Shown piece by piece: positions 19,085 through 29,574 of a DNA stretch of 64,000 nt. The stretch's first letter is position 1, and each line of letters starts with the position of its first letter. The position numbers and the translations under genes are program-made. Source of the DNA: Verrucomicrobiota bacterium (GTDB taxonomy: Bacteria; Verrucomicrobiota; Verrucomicrobiia; Opitutales; Cerasicoccaceae); NCBI GenBank assembly GCA_039818205.1, contig JBCBUK010000018.1, positions 13,267 through 77,266 on the forward strand. The letters are read 5' to 3'. The notes under the pieces are model-generated. The model was given only the letters and a program-made list of their open reading frames with translations, was not told where the DNA came from and did not search any database.

Positions 19085-21993
19085 TGCGCCACCTCCAAGT
19101 TCGATTCGATGGCGTGATTGATATTGAGCTCGGACCGAATCGGCTGCTCAGCCAACAATGCGTTCAGGCGCTCCAGCTCTGCCGAAGCAAGCGCCTGTTC
19201 ATCAACAAATGCAGCCAGCTCTTCGCCCTCAACGAACTCCGTCCAAGTACTGTGGGCGGAATCAATATCACCAATCGCTTCAAAGCACCGAGCACTGCCA
19301 ATATAGGCGGCAACGACTTCATCGGGAAAGGCGCGATAGAACAGAAACACGCGCTGAAAAAATGGGATAGCCTTTCGATAGTCGCCACTCGCTCGGTACG
19401 CCAAGCCGAGACCAAGTAAGGCCTGCGAACGTGATTGGCCCCGAGATAGATTCGAGTTCAGTATGCGTTGATAGACTTCGATCGATCGATCAAACTCACC
19501 CGCTTCCAAAAGCAACTCAGCTAGCAATTTCCAAGCCTCAGGCAAACGCCTATGCTGGGGAAACTCATCGTTCAATTTATCGATCCATTGATGCGCTTGG
19601 TCAACGTCACCGTCCTGATGCGCAACCAAGGCAAATCCGTAGTAGGCGGAACCGGCGTATATGCTCTCGGGATACCATTCGATTAATCGCGCGAAGAAAC
19701 GCTGTCCCGCAGGGTCGTTTTGCTCAACAAGATACATTCCCAATTGGGCAAGCCCCCTTGCATCGAACGCCTCTATTGGAACGATGTTGACTAGGCCATC
19801 AGCGACTTCCATCGCCTCAGCTGTCTTTCCCCGCTGGATCAACTGCTCGCTGCGATAGAGATCAATGCGAGAAAGCCAAGTCCATCGCTGATTTGCGAGA
19901 GCTTGCTCACGCATCCCGACGAGCCAATCCATGAAAACTGGATTTCCCGGAAGTGAGCCGGGGTCACTAGGCTGTGCTACATTTTGGAGATTCAATCGGT
20001 GAAATGTGGAGTGGCTTTCCTCCAATATGCTCAGAATTAGTGAGATATGTTCCGCATCCGGATCATTACCATGAGCCCCACAAACATAATCACCCAGCAA
20101 TAGAGAGTCACCAGCATTGAACTTACCCCCATCCTGCTGATGGTTTGCCCAGAGAATCCAATAGAAGGCCTCCACCAAACGTGGCGGTTCGCGGCGATGC
20201 GTTTTAATGTAGTGGGTAAAGTGGTCGCGCAGTCCATCATAGTCGCTGAGCGCACGGTAGGCTTTACCGATCTGAAAAGTCGCGTAGGTATACAACGGAC
20301 CTGACGCGGGCGGAACCGCCAAAAACGCGTTTAAGGCTTCGGGCAACTGCCCCTGCCCCAAGAGGATGTCGCCCGTCAATACCCGTGCCTCGTCAGCCCT
20401 TAGGTGATCATCAAACTGCGTCAAGAAAGCGTTCAACTCACTAAGGGCTACTGCATTTTGCTGATCAGCATACAGTATCTGCGCGCGTCGATAAACCAGC
20501 TCCGGAAAACCAGGGTCACTCGCTTTTGTCTTACCCAAGGTCTTTTCAATGAACTCTAGCGCTCGCTGATTGTTCCTTTCGTAATAATAGGTCATTGCAT
20601 AGCCCACGTGGGCCAAGGTGAGCAGACCACTCTCCGGGAAACTATCGATAACCTCCTGAAACCAGATACGAGCATTCCGGTAGTCTTCACCCAATGACGC
20701 ATTCAACGCACGCGCATACACCCAACGGGGTCTCTCGGCGTGTCCTGGAAAACGCTTAATCAACTCGGACAAGGCTTCATCGGCTAGTCCAAATTCACCG
20801 TGTGACTGATACACTTGCGCGAGCAGATAACGAACCTGCGGCAGTTTTTGGTTATTTGGATAGAGATCTAGCAAAGATTGACCGACCGAAATGGCCTCAT
20901 CCCACTCCTCCATCTCGGCAAGCGCAGCCATCCAATGAAACTGAGCCAGCGCGCGATTCTCTAAAGGAAGCTGAGTGTCCCGCGCTAGATGACGAAACCA
21001 AATCACCGCCTCACGAAATCGATTGCCAAACATATAGGCCTGGCCGATGCGGAACTGAACGCCCGGCGAATAGTCGCCCATCTCTTCGAGACGTGCCAAC
21101 GCGTTTTGTCGCTCCTTGTGCTGCATCCGAAGATCAGCCCGTTGAAGTAGTCCAACGAGCGAGCTATTCGACCGTTCCTCTAGCTCATGGTTCATCCTTG
21201 CTAGATGCTGATGTTGGTAGTTGGCCAATTGGCGATACGGCACCGCCAGACGCAAAAGGCGAATCGCCCGGTCGTAGTCGCCTTCGTCAAAGAATCGATT
21301 TCCAACTCGCACCGCGAGCACGTTGAACAGAGGCGACTCAAGCTTCCATTTCTCGCTCCAATCCTGCGCGAGGAGCACATCAGCCAACAAGTCAAATTCC
21401 TGCGCCTCATAGGACAAGGCCATTGCTCGCAAAAGGGCTTCAGTCGAAAAATTCTGCAAATCGGAACCCGCATCTGCAAATGCAACCAAATCGTTTACGG
21501 CGCCAACAACATCACCACGGCGCGCTTTGACCTCGGCTAAGTGCACGGTCACCTTGACGAACCATGAACCGTTTGAAGCCACCAATTCGCGGTAGTGTTG
21601 CTCCGCCGCATCCCAATTTGCCGAGCGTTGATGCGCACGGGCCAACAGGTAGACGATGGTCGACCGTTGGCTTTCGGTTAAGTTCGAGCTCGCAAGGTAT
21701 TTTTCAAAGTGATCAACCGCCTCATCCCAACGCCCGGAATGCAAACAGGCGTAACCCCATAGCGGCAAAAAGCGATCGCCTAACTGATCATACTCCGGTT
21801 CAGATTCGAACTGCGAATCCAGGTAGTCGAATGTTTCGGCCGCACGGGAGAGATCGCCAACCTGAAAAGCCTCAAGCCCATGGCGTACCACTTCATTCAG
21901 TGTCCAACGCTCCAATTCTTCGTCGGCCCAGGCAGAACCAATCACCGCACCAAGCAGCATTGATCCAAACAAGCACTGAATAATCCATCTCAC
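19081..21993 (-). CDS. Large secreted tetratricopeptide-repeat protein (BamD/CpoB-like repeats)
   Basis: Signal peptide; many TPR units ending (Y/F)P-x-S/H (e.g. LIKRFPGH, IDSFPES, IEWYPES). Confidence 0.85.
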   Translation of the reverse strand: MRWIIQCLFGSMLLGAVIGSAWADEELERWTLNEVVRHGLEAFQVGDLSRAAETFDYLDSQFESEPEYDQLGDRFLPLWGYACLHSGRWDEAVDHFEKYLASSNLTESQRSTIVYLLARAHQRSANWDAAEQHYRELVASNGSWFVKVTVHLAEVKARRGDVVGAVNDLVAFADAGSDLQNFSTEALLRAMALSYEAQEFDLLADVLLAQDWSEKWKLESPLFNVLAVRVGNRFFDEGDYDRAIRLLRLAVPYRQLANYQHQHLARMNHELEERSNSSLVGLLQRADLRMQHKERQNALARLEEMGDYSPGVQFRIGQAYMFGNRFREAVIWFRHLARDTQLPLENRALAQFHWMAALAEMEEWDEAISVGQSLLDLYPNNQKLPQVRYLLAQVYQSHGEFGLADEALSELIKRFPGHAERPRWVYARALNASLGEDYRNARIWFQEVIDSFPESGLLTLAHVGYAMTYYYERNNQRALEFIEKTLGKTKASDPGFPELVYRRAQILYADQQNAVALSELNAFLTQFDDHLRADEARVLTGDILLGQGQLPEALNAFLAVPPASGPLYTYATFQIGKAYRALSDYDGLRDHFTHYIKTHRREPPRLVEAFYWILWANHQQDGGKFNAGDSLLLGDYVCGAHGNDPDAEHISLILSILEESHSTFHRLNLQNVAQPSDPGSLPGNPVFMDWLVGMREQALANQRWTWLSRIDLYRSEQLIQRGKTAEAMEVADGLVNIVPIEAFDARGLAQLGMYLVEQNDPAGQRFFARLIEWYPESIYAGSAYYGFALVAHQDGDVDQAHQWIDKLNDEFPQHRRLPEAWKLLAELLLEAGEFDRSIEVYQRILNSNLSRGQSRSQALLGLGLAYRASGDYRKAIPFFQRVFLFYRAFPDEVVAAYIGSARCFEAIGDIDSAHSTWTEFVEGEELAAFVDEQALASAELERLNALLAEQPIRSELNINHAIESNLEVAQ

Positions 21994-22052
21994 GGATGGA
22001 TAACTTGTCGACGATTCGAAAACAGATCAAGCCTTCGACCACTGCCTCCCGA

Positions 22053-22475
22053 CTAACCGTCAAGATCCGCCAGCGTTCGCCAAGGAAGAGCCGCGCATCG
22101 CACACGCGCAGGAAACTGACGAATACCTTGGAGCGCTTGTGCATCACCCATTGACACCCAATCGCAGTCATCGATTTCTCCGGTCAGCATTCCTCGAAAC
22201 CGTGCCGCTTGGTCTTTCGCCTCTTTTGGCGCCATACCGGTAATTAGCTCAATCATTAGCGAACATGAGGCCCGTAGAACTGCGCTCCCCTGCGCCTTGA
22301 ATCCCACGGCATCGATGACACCATCTCGGAGACGAATACTTAGGCGAACCACATCGCCAGTATCCGAGTTGCTTCCTTCGAGCATTACATCATAGGAATC
22401 CAGCAAGCCCTCCCCTCGCGGGTGCTGCCCGTGGTCCAATAAGATCTCACGAAATATTTCGGTTTCCAATGCCAT
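22053..22475 (-). CDS. sufU: SufU/IscU-family protein, atypical (two canonical Cys missing)
   Basis: ILLDHGQHPRG, PARVRCAALPW; directly downstream of sufS; NSDTGD and GSAV replace NPxCGD and GCxI. Confidence 0.8.
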   Translation of the reverse strand: MALETEIFREILLDHGQHPRGEGLLDSYDVMLEGSNSDTGDVVRLSIRLRDGVIDAVGFKAQGSAVLRASCSLMIELITGMAPKEAKDQAARFRGMLTGEIDDCDWVSMGDAQALQGIRQFPARVRCAALPWRTLADLDG

Positions 22476-22508
22476 ATCTGACAAGGGTTCTCGGTTCGAA
22501 AGCGGCGT

Positions 22509-23756
22509 CTAGCCCAGAAGTTTCTTTACCTTTTCCAAGCTCGCAACCAGGGCATCAACTTCGCCCATGGTATTGTAGTAGGCAAACGATGCGCGAACCG
22601 TGCCTTCGAGGCCAAAACGTTGCCACAATGGCATCGTGCAATGGTGGCCGGTGCGCACGGCAATACCGTCAACATCGAGCATCGTCCCAATGTCATTTGG
22701 GTGAATGCCATCGATCATGAAGGAAATTACGCTCACCTTATGATCTGCCTCGCCATAGATGCGCAGGCCTTCAACAGCCTTTAGTTGCTCAGTCGCATAA
22801 ACCAACAGCTCGTGCTCGTAGGACAACATCTCGGCCTGGTCGCGGTTCATCAGGTATTCCACAGCCGCTCCCAAACCAATAGCTCCTGCAATGTGTGGCG
22901 TTCCCGCCTCGAAGCGCTCTGGAATCTCGCGAAAGGTCGTTCCTTCAAAACTCACGCGATCAATCATATCGCCTCCGCCTTGGTAAGGCGGCATGGCGTT
23001 CAGCAATTCTGGACGTCCCCAAAGAACACCGATTCCCGTCGGCCCACCGACTTTGTGTCCGGAAAATACGAAGAAGTCGCAGTTCAGTTGCGCCACGTTG
23101 ACCGGAAAGTGAGCCGTCGATTGGGCGCCATCTAGAAGAACGGTCGCCCCCATGTTCTTGGCCTCAATGATGAGCGACTCTACCGGGTTAATCGTTCCTA
23201 ACGAGTTCGATACGTGACAAATCGCGACGAGACGCGTGCGTTCGGTCAGCAAGTTCGAGAACGCTTCAAGGTCAAGCTCACCCTGGTCCGTTACCGGAAT
23301 CACGACGATCGTTGCACCACGTTCCTCAGCGAGCATTTGCCAAGGAACGATATTCGCATGGTGCTCCATGCCGGAAACCAAAATTTCATCTCCCGCATTG
23401 ATATTTTGCCGGCCCCAGGTTGCAGCCACCAGGTTGATCGCTTCGGTAGCATTGCGGGTGAAAATGCAGCTGCGCGCCTCGGAAGCACCGATGAAACGGG
23501 CGATCGATTGCCGGGATTCCTCATAAGCGCTCGTCGCTTCCTGACTCAACGCATGGACACCCCGGTGGATATTCGCATTCTCCGTGCGGTAGTACCGGTC
23601 CAGGCGTTCGATAACCGCAAGCGGCTTCTGTGACGTGGCGGCATTATCCAGGTAGACTAACGGGCGCCCATTGACCGACTGCCCAAGGATGGGAAAGTCC
23701 GCCCGAATCGCCTCGACGTCCCATCCGATTGCTGCGCTATCTTTTTCTAGAATCAT
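22509..23756 (-). CDS. sufS: Group II cysteine desulfurase SufS
   Basis: YLDNAATSQKP, EHHANIVPW, SGHK (PLP Lys), RTGHHC catalytic Cys. Confidence 0.95.
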   Translation of the reverse strand: MILEKDSAAIGWDVEAIRADFPILGQSVNGRPLVYLDNAATSQKPLAVIERLDRYYRTENANIHRGVHALSQEATSAYEESRQSIARFIGASEARSCIFTRNATEAINLVAATWGRQNINAGDEILVSGMEHHANIVPWQMLAEERGATIVVIPVTDQGELDLEAFSNLLTERTRLVAICHVSNSLGTINPVESLIIEAKNMGATVLLDGAQSTAHFPVNVAQLNCDFFVFSGHKVGGPTGIGVLWGRPELLNAMPPYQGGGDMIDRVSFEGTTFREIPERFEAGTPHIAGAIGLGAAVEYLMNRDQAEMLSYEHELLVYATEQLKAVEGLRIYGEADHKVSVISFMIDGIHPNDIGTMLDVDGIAVRTGHHCTMPLWQRFGLEGTVRASFAYYNTMGEVDALVASLEKVKKLLG

Positions 23757-23829
23757 TATTACTTGAGACTCTAGCTCAATTAGCCACATTTGCAATGGCT
23801 AAAGCGCATCTATCCGGCGGATTTCGGAC

Positions 23830-23860
23830 AAAAAAAAGGGCGATGGCCAAACCATCGCCC
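23830..23860 (-). terminator. Rho-independent terminator after the LolA-like gene
   Basis: GGGCGATGG/CCATCGCCC stem with an 8-T tail on the minus strand. Confidence 0.8.
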
Positions 23861-23880
23861 GATTGAAGGAAAAATCTGAG

Positions 23881-24831
23881 CTATTTCGCGATTGCCTGCG
23901 CCGTTTTGGCAACCTCCGCAAATCGCTCGACTGGCGCATCAAAGATGTAAGAAGGAACGCCACTATTGATCGAAATACTTTCGACAATCACCCGAGAAAC
24001 GAAGCCATTGCTGGAGGACTCAATGGCGAAAGGCATGACCACACCTTCAACGTTACGATGATCGGACATAACCATCATGTTCTTACGCAAATTACCATCT
24101 TTCCCAACGTTGGACTCCTCGCGACCAACTTCCAAAAAGTTGGCTTTGTCGATGTAAGTTTTCACCCGGAGATCGGCCTTTTCAAAAAGAACAACATAGC
24201 AATCGATACCACCGAGGTTGGACTCAGGCAGGAGGCGAAAATTCGATGGACCCTTCTCGAACTCCCACAGGTAGCTGCCTATGCGCGCTGATTCCGAGAA
24301 CAACTCCTTTTGAGTTTCAGGAATATCCTCCACCGCGCGAGTCGCTCCATTAGGCGCATATTGTTGAGCCCATAACTCGTGGCCATTGTAACCCATGTCG
24401 TACCGCATGCCGTCGTGCTCCATAATGCGTCGAGCAAGATTCGGACGGCGGAAATAGAATGTCACCTGATGCTCTGCCGAATGGCCTTCTCCATCGGCTG
24501 CATTAAGACTAGCTGAAAGCTTCATTGTGGTCACTTCATTCACATTGGTCGCGTGAAGATGACGAAAAATGATGCGCTCAAGCTCGGAAGCTCCCTTAGG
24601 TTCGATGACTTCTTCCTCCGCAACCAACAACTCCTCTGTGGGCGCATTGGTATCATTTTCAGCAATCTCGGCCTCCTCAATTGGACTTGGCCCGGAGAAC
24701 AAAATCGCGATGCAGCCTCCGCCGATGATGAATGCAAGCAGAGTCAGCAATCCAAGTGTGATACCTAGATTGGGTTTACGTTTCTTAGTCCATCCGGACT
24801 TGTTGCGGGAGCGGGATTTGCTGTTAGACAT
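23881..24831 (-). CDS. Membrane-anchored LolA-like (outer-membrane lipoprotein-sorting fold) protein
   Basis: Basic N-terminus plus TM; RRPNLAR, GIDCYVV, YIDKANFL, VEGVVMPF, INSGVPSYIF pattern typical of LolA-like proteins. Confidence 0.65.
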   Translation of the reverse strand: MSNSKSRSRNKSGWTKKRKPNLGITLGLLTLLAFIIGGGCIAILFSGPSPIEEAEIAENDTNAPTEELLVAEEEVIEPKGASELERIIFRHLHATNVNEVTTMKLSASLNAADGEGHSAEHQVTFYFRRPNLARRIMEHDGMRYDMGYNGHELWAQQYAPNGATRAVEDIPETQKELFSESARIGSYLWEFEKGPSNFRLLPESNLGGIDCYVVLFEKADLRVKTYIDKANFLEVGREESNVGKDGNLRKNMMVMSDHRNVEGVVMPFAIESSSNGFVSRVIVESISINSGVPSYIFDAPVERFAEVAKTAQAIAK

Positions 24832-24957
24832 GACTCGGGAACTATCAACAAACAAACCATCGTTGAAAATCCCACGTATGTAATACTTCGGTATCAATGT
24901 TACGCCCAAGGGACGTTCACGTAACCCCTCGGTCTCCAGATACACATTGCCGTTTCA

Positions 24958-26121
24958 TTAATGAGACATCATCCTCACAAAGAAGCGGATGAATAACCCA
25001 ACCGCAACGCACGCAATGGAAACAACAACCGCAACCGGGGTTACCCAGAACGCCAGAAAGAAGCAGGAGGCCAAACCAACGTAGGCGAGCCATCGTGGAT
25101 AAAGGCGTTGATCTTCGGACAGTCGCAGCGCGGCAAGATTCAGAATTCCGTAGTAGATCAAAACGGTGCATGCGCTAAACGACCACGCGAGCTTGATATC
25201 CCCAAGCAAACAGAGCACCGCAATAATCGCCCCGACCGCAAGGATTGCTCGTCGGGGTTGCTGTTGCTTGTCCAATTTCGCCAATGCGGGAGCAACATCC
25301 TTGCGTCGCGCCATTGCGAGCAGTACCCGCGACAATCCAAGGATCAAGTTCAGGACCACGCCAATCAAGGCAACAAAGCCAGCGACGGTAAACAGCTGTC
25401 CGGGTTGGACGCCGCGCAACCAGGCCAAGGAAACTCCAGCATACAACAGGCCCGATACCAGCAGGGTTACGATCATGGCAATCGGTATATTCTTTCGCGG
25501 CTCTTTGATCTCTTCGCCCATGGTCGCAATGCGCCCATATCCAGTGAAGGCAACGAAGATCAGGGCACATGCTTCCATCAAAGAAAATGTCGACGGATCT
25601 GAAGAAATTTCAATCGGCGAAACATTGCTGGAAAATATCAAACTCAGCAGGCCAGCGATGGTGATCGTCAAAATCGATGCATTGACCTGATTGCTCCGCC
25701 GCAAGCCCATAACGACAACCGCAGTCATCGCAATGGTCAGACCAATTGCAGGCAAAGTCCCATCATTCGGATTCAACGCCTTGCCAATGGCCAATGCAGC
25801 CGTCGCGGCACTCGCGCACTTTGCGAGCATGAACATCAAGCCCGCAACGAAACCGCACGTTGGATTCAAAAGACGATAGCCATATTCGTAGGCACCACCA
25901 GAAACCGGGATCGCCGCCGCAAGCTGAGCACTGTTCAAACCATTGACGGTGGCAACGAACGCACCGACCGCAATTGCCAGAAGCACCCACGATCCAACTT
26001 CCGCAGTCGTGAGGCCAACGATCACGTAAACACCCGTGCCCAAGATCGATCCCAAGCCCAGTAACACGGCCCCGGCCACTCCCGTTGATCTCTCCAAGCT
26101 CGCATGCTGCTCATCTGCCAT
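24958..26121 (-). CDS. APC family amino acid permease
   Basis: GSILGTG in TM1, PVSGGAYEY, FVAFTGY, GEEIKEPRKNIP; many TM helices. Confidence 0.9.
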   Translation of the reverse strand: MADEQHASLERSTGVAGAVLLGLGSILGTGVYVIVGLTTAEVGSWVLLAIAVGAFVATVNGLNSAQLAAAIPVSGGAYEYGYRLLNPTCGFVAGLMFMLAKCASAATAALAIGKALNPNDGTLPAIGLTIAMTAVVVMGLRRSNQVNASILTITIAGLLSLIFSSNVSPIEISSDPSTFSLMEACALIFVAFTGYGRIATMGEEIKEPRKNIPIAMIVTLLVSGLLYAGVSLAWLRGVQPGQLFTVAGFVALIGVVLNLILGLSRVLLAMARRKDVAPALAKLDKQQQPRRAILAVGAIIAVLCLLGDIKLAWSFSACTVLIYYGILNLAALRLSEDQRLYPRWLAYVGLASCFFLAFWVTPVAVVVSIACVAVGLFIRFFVRMMSH

Positions 26122-26177
26122 CGCCAGACATCAGAAAGCGGTCACGCCAAATGACAAGCTCCACCGCTAGAATCTAT

Positions 26178-26215
26178 AAAAAAACAATCCGCGACGCCAA
26201 ACCAAGCGCCGCGGA
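26178..26215 (-). terminator. Orphan Rho-independent terminator upstream of the APC permease
   Basis: Minus strand TCCGCGGCGC-TTGGTTTG-GCGTCGCGGA-TTGTTTTTTT. Confidence 0.7.
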
Positions 26216-26518
26216 CTGAAGCTGAACTATGACTAGACTAGAGCACGAAGGCTCCAGAAATTCTCCTCGACCACAAATTTTGCCGTGCGGCCGCGTTAAA
26301 CCATTGGCCGGAATAACGTGCACCAATAAAATAAATTATTCACCCTAAATCAAGCACATTCTACAGCCCAGAAAAAGCAAGCTAAGGCTCCAAATGATAA
26401 AGGTTTATAAAAAAGCCGTATCAAACAGTGGAAGAGAGATTACCCAATTACTCCCAAGTTATCCACAATTCGCACCTTCGGCCTTGGCCCCTTCGCAAGA
26501 CTGGTTATCAACACTTCC

Positions 26519-26908
26519 ATGCTGAAATTTTACGAATACGACAAGTGCTCCACCTGCCGAAATGCCCGTAAATGGCTTGAGTCAAAGGGACTAGACGTTG
26601 AACGATTGCCGATCCGCGAGACCCCACCAAGCACGGAAGAACTGAGCGCGATGCTCGAGGCCTACGACGGTAATATTAAGAAATTGATCAATACCTCGAG
26701 TGCCGACTACCGCACGAGCGGGCTCAAGGATGAATTGCCATCACTCTCGATCGAGGAAGTATTCGGCCGGTTGCGCGCCACCGGGAATCTCGTGAAGCGC
26801 CCGTTTGTCATCGGCGAGAGCGTTACGCTCGTTGGCTTCAAAGAAGCCGACTGGGAATTGGCTTTAGCTAGGAACACAAAAAACCCCGGCGCAAACGCCG
26901 GGGTTTGA
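26519..26908 (+). CDS. ArsC/Spx/YffB family protein
   Basis: YEYDKCSTCRNA CxxC, LVKRPF, VGF. Confidence 0.88.
   Translation: MLKFYEYDKCSTCRNARKWLESKGLDVERLPIRETPPSTEELSAMLEAYDGNIKKLINTSSADYRTSGLKDELPSLSIEEVFGRLRATGNLVKRPFVIGESVTLVGFKEADWELALARNTKNPGANAGV
26877..26906 (-). terminator. Terminator of sodA, possibly bidirectional
   Basis: AAACCCCGGCG-CAAA-CGCCGGGGTTT hairpin with a minus-strand T-tail, between convergent genes. Confidence 0.8.
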
Positions 26909-26940
26909 AAAGTCATTTCGAATACCGCTGAAGCGATGCG

Positions 26941-27570
26941 CTAGGCGATCGCCTTTGCGTAGTACTCGTTAACCTTGTCCCAGTTGACGACATTCCAGAA
27001 TGCCGCGATGTAATCTGGGCGCTTGTTCTGATACTTCAAATAGTAGGCGTGCTCCCAGACGTCGAGACCGAGAACTGGCTGACCACCACAAGCGCCGACC
27101 GCGTCACCCATCCATGGGTTGTCCTGGTTTGGGGTCGAGCAAACGGAAAGCTTGCCATCTTTCACGCAAAGCCATGCCCAGCCAGATCCGAAGCGAGTCG
27201 CTGCTGCATTGCCGAATTCTTCCTTCAACTTGTCGAAAGAACCGAGATCAGCGTTGATTGCCTCGGCAATTGCACCGGTTGGCTCACCGCCGCCGTTTGG
27301 CCCAATAATGGTCCAGAAGAAGGAGTGATTTGCGTGACCACCGCCATTGTTGCGGACAGCCATGCGAATGCCTTCTGGCACTTCGTTGATCTTTGCGCTT
27401 AGCTCAGCAAGGCACTCGGGAGCGTCAAATCCGCTACCGTCCAGGGCACCGTTGAGTTTGGTCACGTAAGCGTTGTGGTGCTTATCGTGATGGATTTCCA
27501 TCGTTTGCGCATCGATGTGTGGCTCCAATGCGTCGAACGCGTAATCAAGAGGTGGCAGTTCGTAAGCCAT
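26941..27570 (-). CDS. sodA: Superoxide dismutase, Mn-type signature
   Basis: [32 protein letters not shown] plus NQD favour the Mn type. Confidence 0.92.
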   Translation of the reverse strand: MAYELPPLDYAFDALEPHIDAQTMEIHHDKHHNAYVTKLNGALDGSGFDAPECLAELSAKINEVPEGIRMAVRNNGGGHANHSFFWTIIGPNGGGEPTGAIAEAINADLGSFDKLKEEFGNAAATRFGSGWAWLCVKDGKLSVCSTPNQDNPWMGDAVGACGGQPVLGLDVWEHAYYLKYQNKRPDYIAAFWNVVNWDKVNEYYAKAIA

Positions 27571-27653
27571 AATCTATTAATGGTTGGTGGTTCCAGGTTC
27601 TATTAAATGAGAGAAACACTTACCGTGCATTTGATCGAGGACGCAGTCAACGC

Positions 27654-28637
27654 TCAGACCGTTTTTTTATGCTCGAACCGGCCGACTATCAATCCGCCTA
27701 ATGAAAGTTGGATCAAACTGTAGAAAAGCAGCGGAAGCAAAACCACACCGGTTTCCAAGTCGCCACCATTGAACAGACTTTGAGCCATGGGAACACCCGC
27801 AGCGACGGTCTTTTGGGTGCCACAGAAGAACGCAGCGAGTTTGTATTTGCGCTCAAAGGGTAGCGCGCGAAGCAACAGCCCGCAGACTGCCCAGGAAACC
27901 GCCGTGAGGACGAAAACCCCGATCGCAACCAGCGAGAGAGCCATCGTTGACTGCCGCTCCCAAAAACGATCAAGGATCGCCTGGGCAAACGAAACATACG
28001 TGATGAAATAGACGACGTTCGGTGTTATCCGACCCGGCCACGATTTGTATCGCTCGATAAAGCTCCGCAACACGGGGCGCAACGACATGCCAATAACCAG
28101 CGGCACTAGCAGCAGCAGAACAATCTTCCCCAGCAGCGAAACGAGAAAGCCGGTTGTATCTCCGCCCCCAACGTCCATCCACCAAACGTAGAAAGCGGGA
28201 ACAATGAAGATCCCTGCGACGTTGGACAATGACGTATTGAATAGCGCGACAGTCGTCGCCCCACCTGAACGCGCCGTAAATACCACGGCGGTCGAAATCG
28301 TGCATGGCAGAATCCCGAGAAACAGAAAGCCAAAGGTGAGGTCAGGCCCCAAAATCGATTCGAACGGACTGGCCAACATCCACGTGACGAGGGGCATCAA
28401 CAGAAAGATGAAGCTCTGCGTGAACAGGTGAACCCGCCATTGGGCCATGCCGCGCAACAGCTCCTCGGCCGGAAGGATCATACCTTGGAGTAGAAAAATC
28501 GCAAACACCCCGATTTTCGTGGTGACGCCTGGCCTAAGCCAACTGTCCGGAGCGCCGCCTTCGGGATAGATGAATGCCAACACGGATGCGACAACGATGC
28601 CGACGACAAAACGGTTGGATAGTAGAAATCGCGTCAC
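27654..28637 (-). CDS. Bile acid:sodium symporter family (YfeH/SLC10A7-like) transporter
   Basis: LPCTIST, SNVAGIF, FCGTQKT motifs; multi-TM. Confidence 0.85.
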   Translation of the reverse strand: MTRFLLSNRFVVGIVVASVLAFIYPEGGAPDSWLRPGVTTKIGVFAIFLLQGMILPAEELLRGMAQWRVHLFTQSFIFLLMPLVTWMLASPFESILGPDLTFGFLFLGILPCTISTAVVFTARSGGATTVALFNTSLSNVAGIFIVPAFYVWWMDVGGGDTTGFLVSLLGKIVLLLLVPLVIGMSLRPVLRSFIERYKSWPGRITPNVVYFITYVSFAQAILDRFWERQSTMALSLVAIGVFVLTAVSWAVCGLLLRALPFERKYKLAAFFCGTQKTVAAGVPMAQSLFNGGDLETGVVLLPLLFYSLIQLSLGGLIVGRFEHKKTV

Positions 28638-28730
28638 GACTCTGAGTATTCGCCGAGAGGTCCGTCATCGACAAGCATTTTGGGAAAGACTTGCCAAATG
28701 GCTACTTGCGTTCACCTTAGACACCTAAAC

Positions 28731-29564
28731 ATGGCGCTTCTTGACGTTCAGGATCTCAAAATCCGCTTTCAAAGTCGTGACCGCGTAACCGAAGCGGTCA
28801 AAGGAATCAGTTTTTCACTCGAGGAGGGAAAAACACTCGCAGTTGTTGGCGAAAGCGGCAGCGGCAAATCAGTGACCGCCATGTCGCTCACTCAGCTCCT
28901 ACCGAAACCACCTACTTGTCAGGTGTCCGGGAAGATTATGCTGCGCGACCTTGATGTGCTTGGCATGGGCTCGAATGACCTGCGGGCGATTCGGGGCAAA
29001 GACATCGCGTATATATTTCAGGAACCATCGACTTCGTTGAATCCCGTTTTCACCGTCGGCTATCAGATTGCTGAAGCGATCAAGTTGCACATTCCGGGTG
29101 AAACCGACGTGGAAGGCCGGGTCGTCGAATCGTTGCGTCGGGTGGGTATTCGTGATCCCGAAAAACGTTTCAAGGCGTATCCCCACGAAATGTCGGGCGG
29201 CATGCAGCAACGCGTCATGATCGCCATGGCCCTTGCCTGTGAGCCGAAAATATTGGTAGCCGATGAACCAACCACGGCACTCGATGTCACTATACAAGCA
29301 CAGATCATCGATTTGCTAAAAGAGATTCGCGAGAAGCTCAACATGTCGATCATTTTGATCACTCACAATTTTGGAATCATCAAAGGCTTTGCCGATGAGG
29401 TTCTGGTGATGTTTCGTGGTGAAATCGTCGAGCGCGGTCCTGCCGAAGAGATTTTGGCCAATCCACAACACCCATATACCAAGGCGCTCATCGCCTGTAT
29501 TCCTCGCCTCGGGGCCAAACAGAAGCGTCTGACCACGATCAACCACGACGAACTAGCCGGGTAA
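28731..29564 (+). CDS. Oligopeptide/dipeptide ABC transporter ATPase (OppD/DppD-like)
   Basis: [37 protein letters not shown]. Confidence 0.92.
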   Translation: MALLDVQDLKIRFQSRDRVTEAVKGISFSLEEGKTLAVVGESGSGKSVTAMSLTQLLPKPPTCQVSGKIMLRDLDVLGMGSNDLRAIRGKDIAYIFQEPSTSLNPVFTVGYQIAEAIKLHIPGETDVEGRVVESLRRVGIRDPEKRFKAYPHEMSGGMQQRVMIAMALACEPKILVADEPTTALDVTIQAQIIDLLKEIREKLNMSIILITHNFGIIKGFADEVLVMFRGEIVERGPAEEILANPQHPYTKALIACIPRLGAKQKRLTTINHDELAG

Positions 29565-29574
29565 TAATTTTTCA

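Noticed and set aside
26459..26467. Perfect DnaA box TTATCCACA (another, TGTGAATAA, near 12800)
   Set aside because: Isolated boxes with no cluster or dnaA/dnaN context; not evidence for oriC
27590..27635. Possible Fur/PerR box upstream of sodA
   Set aside because: Match to the consensus is too weak to support
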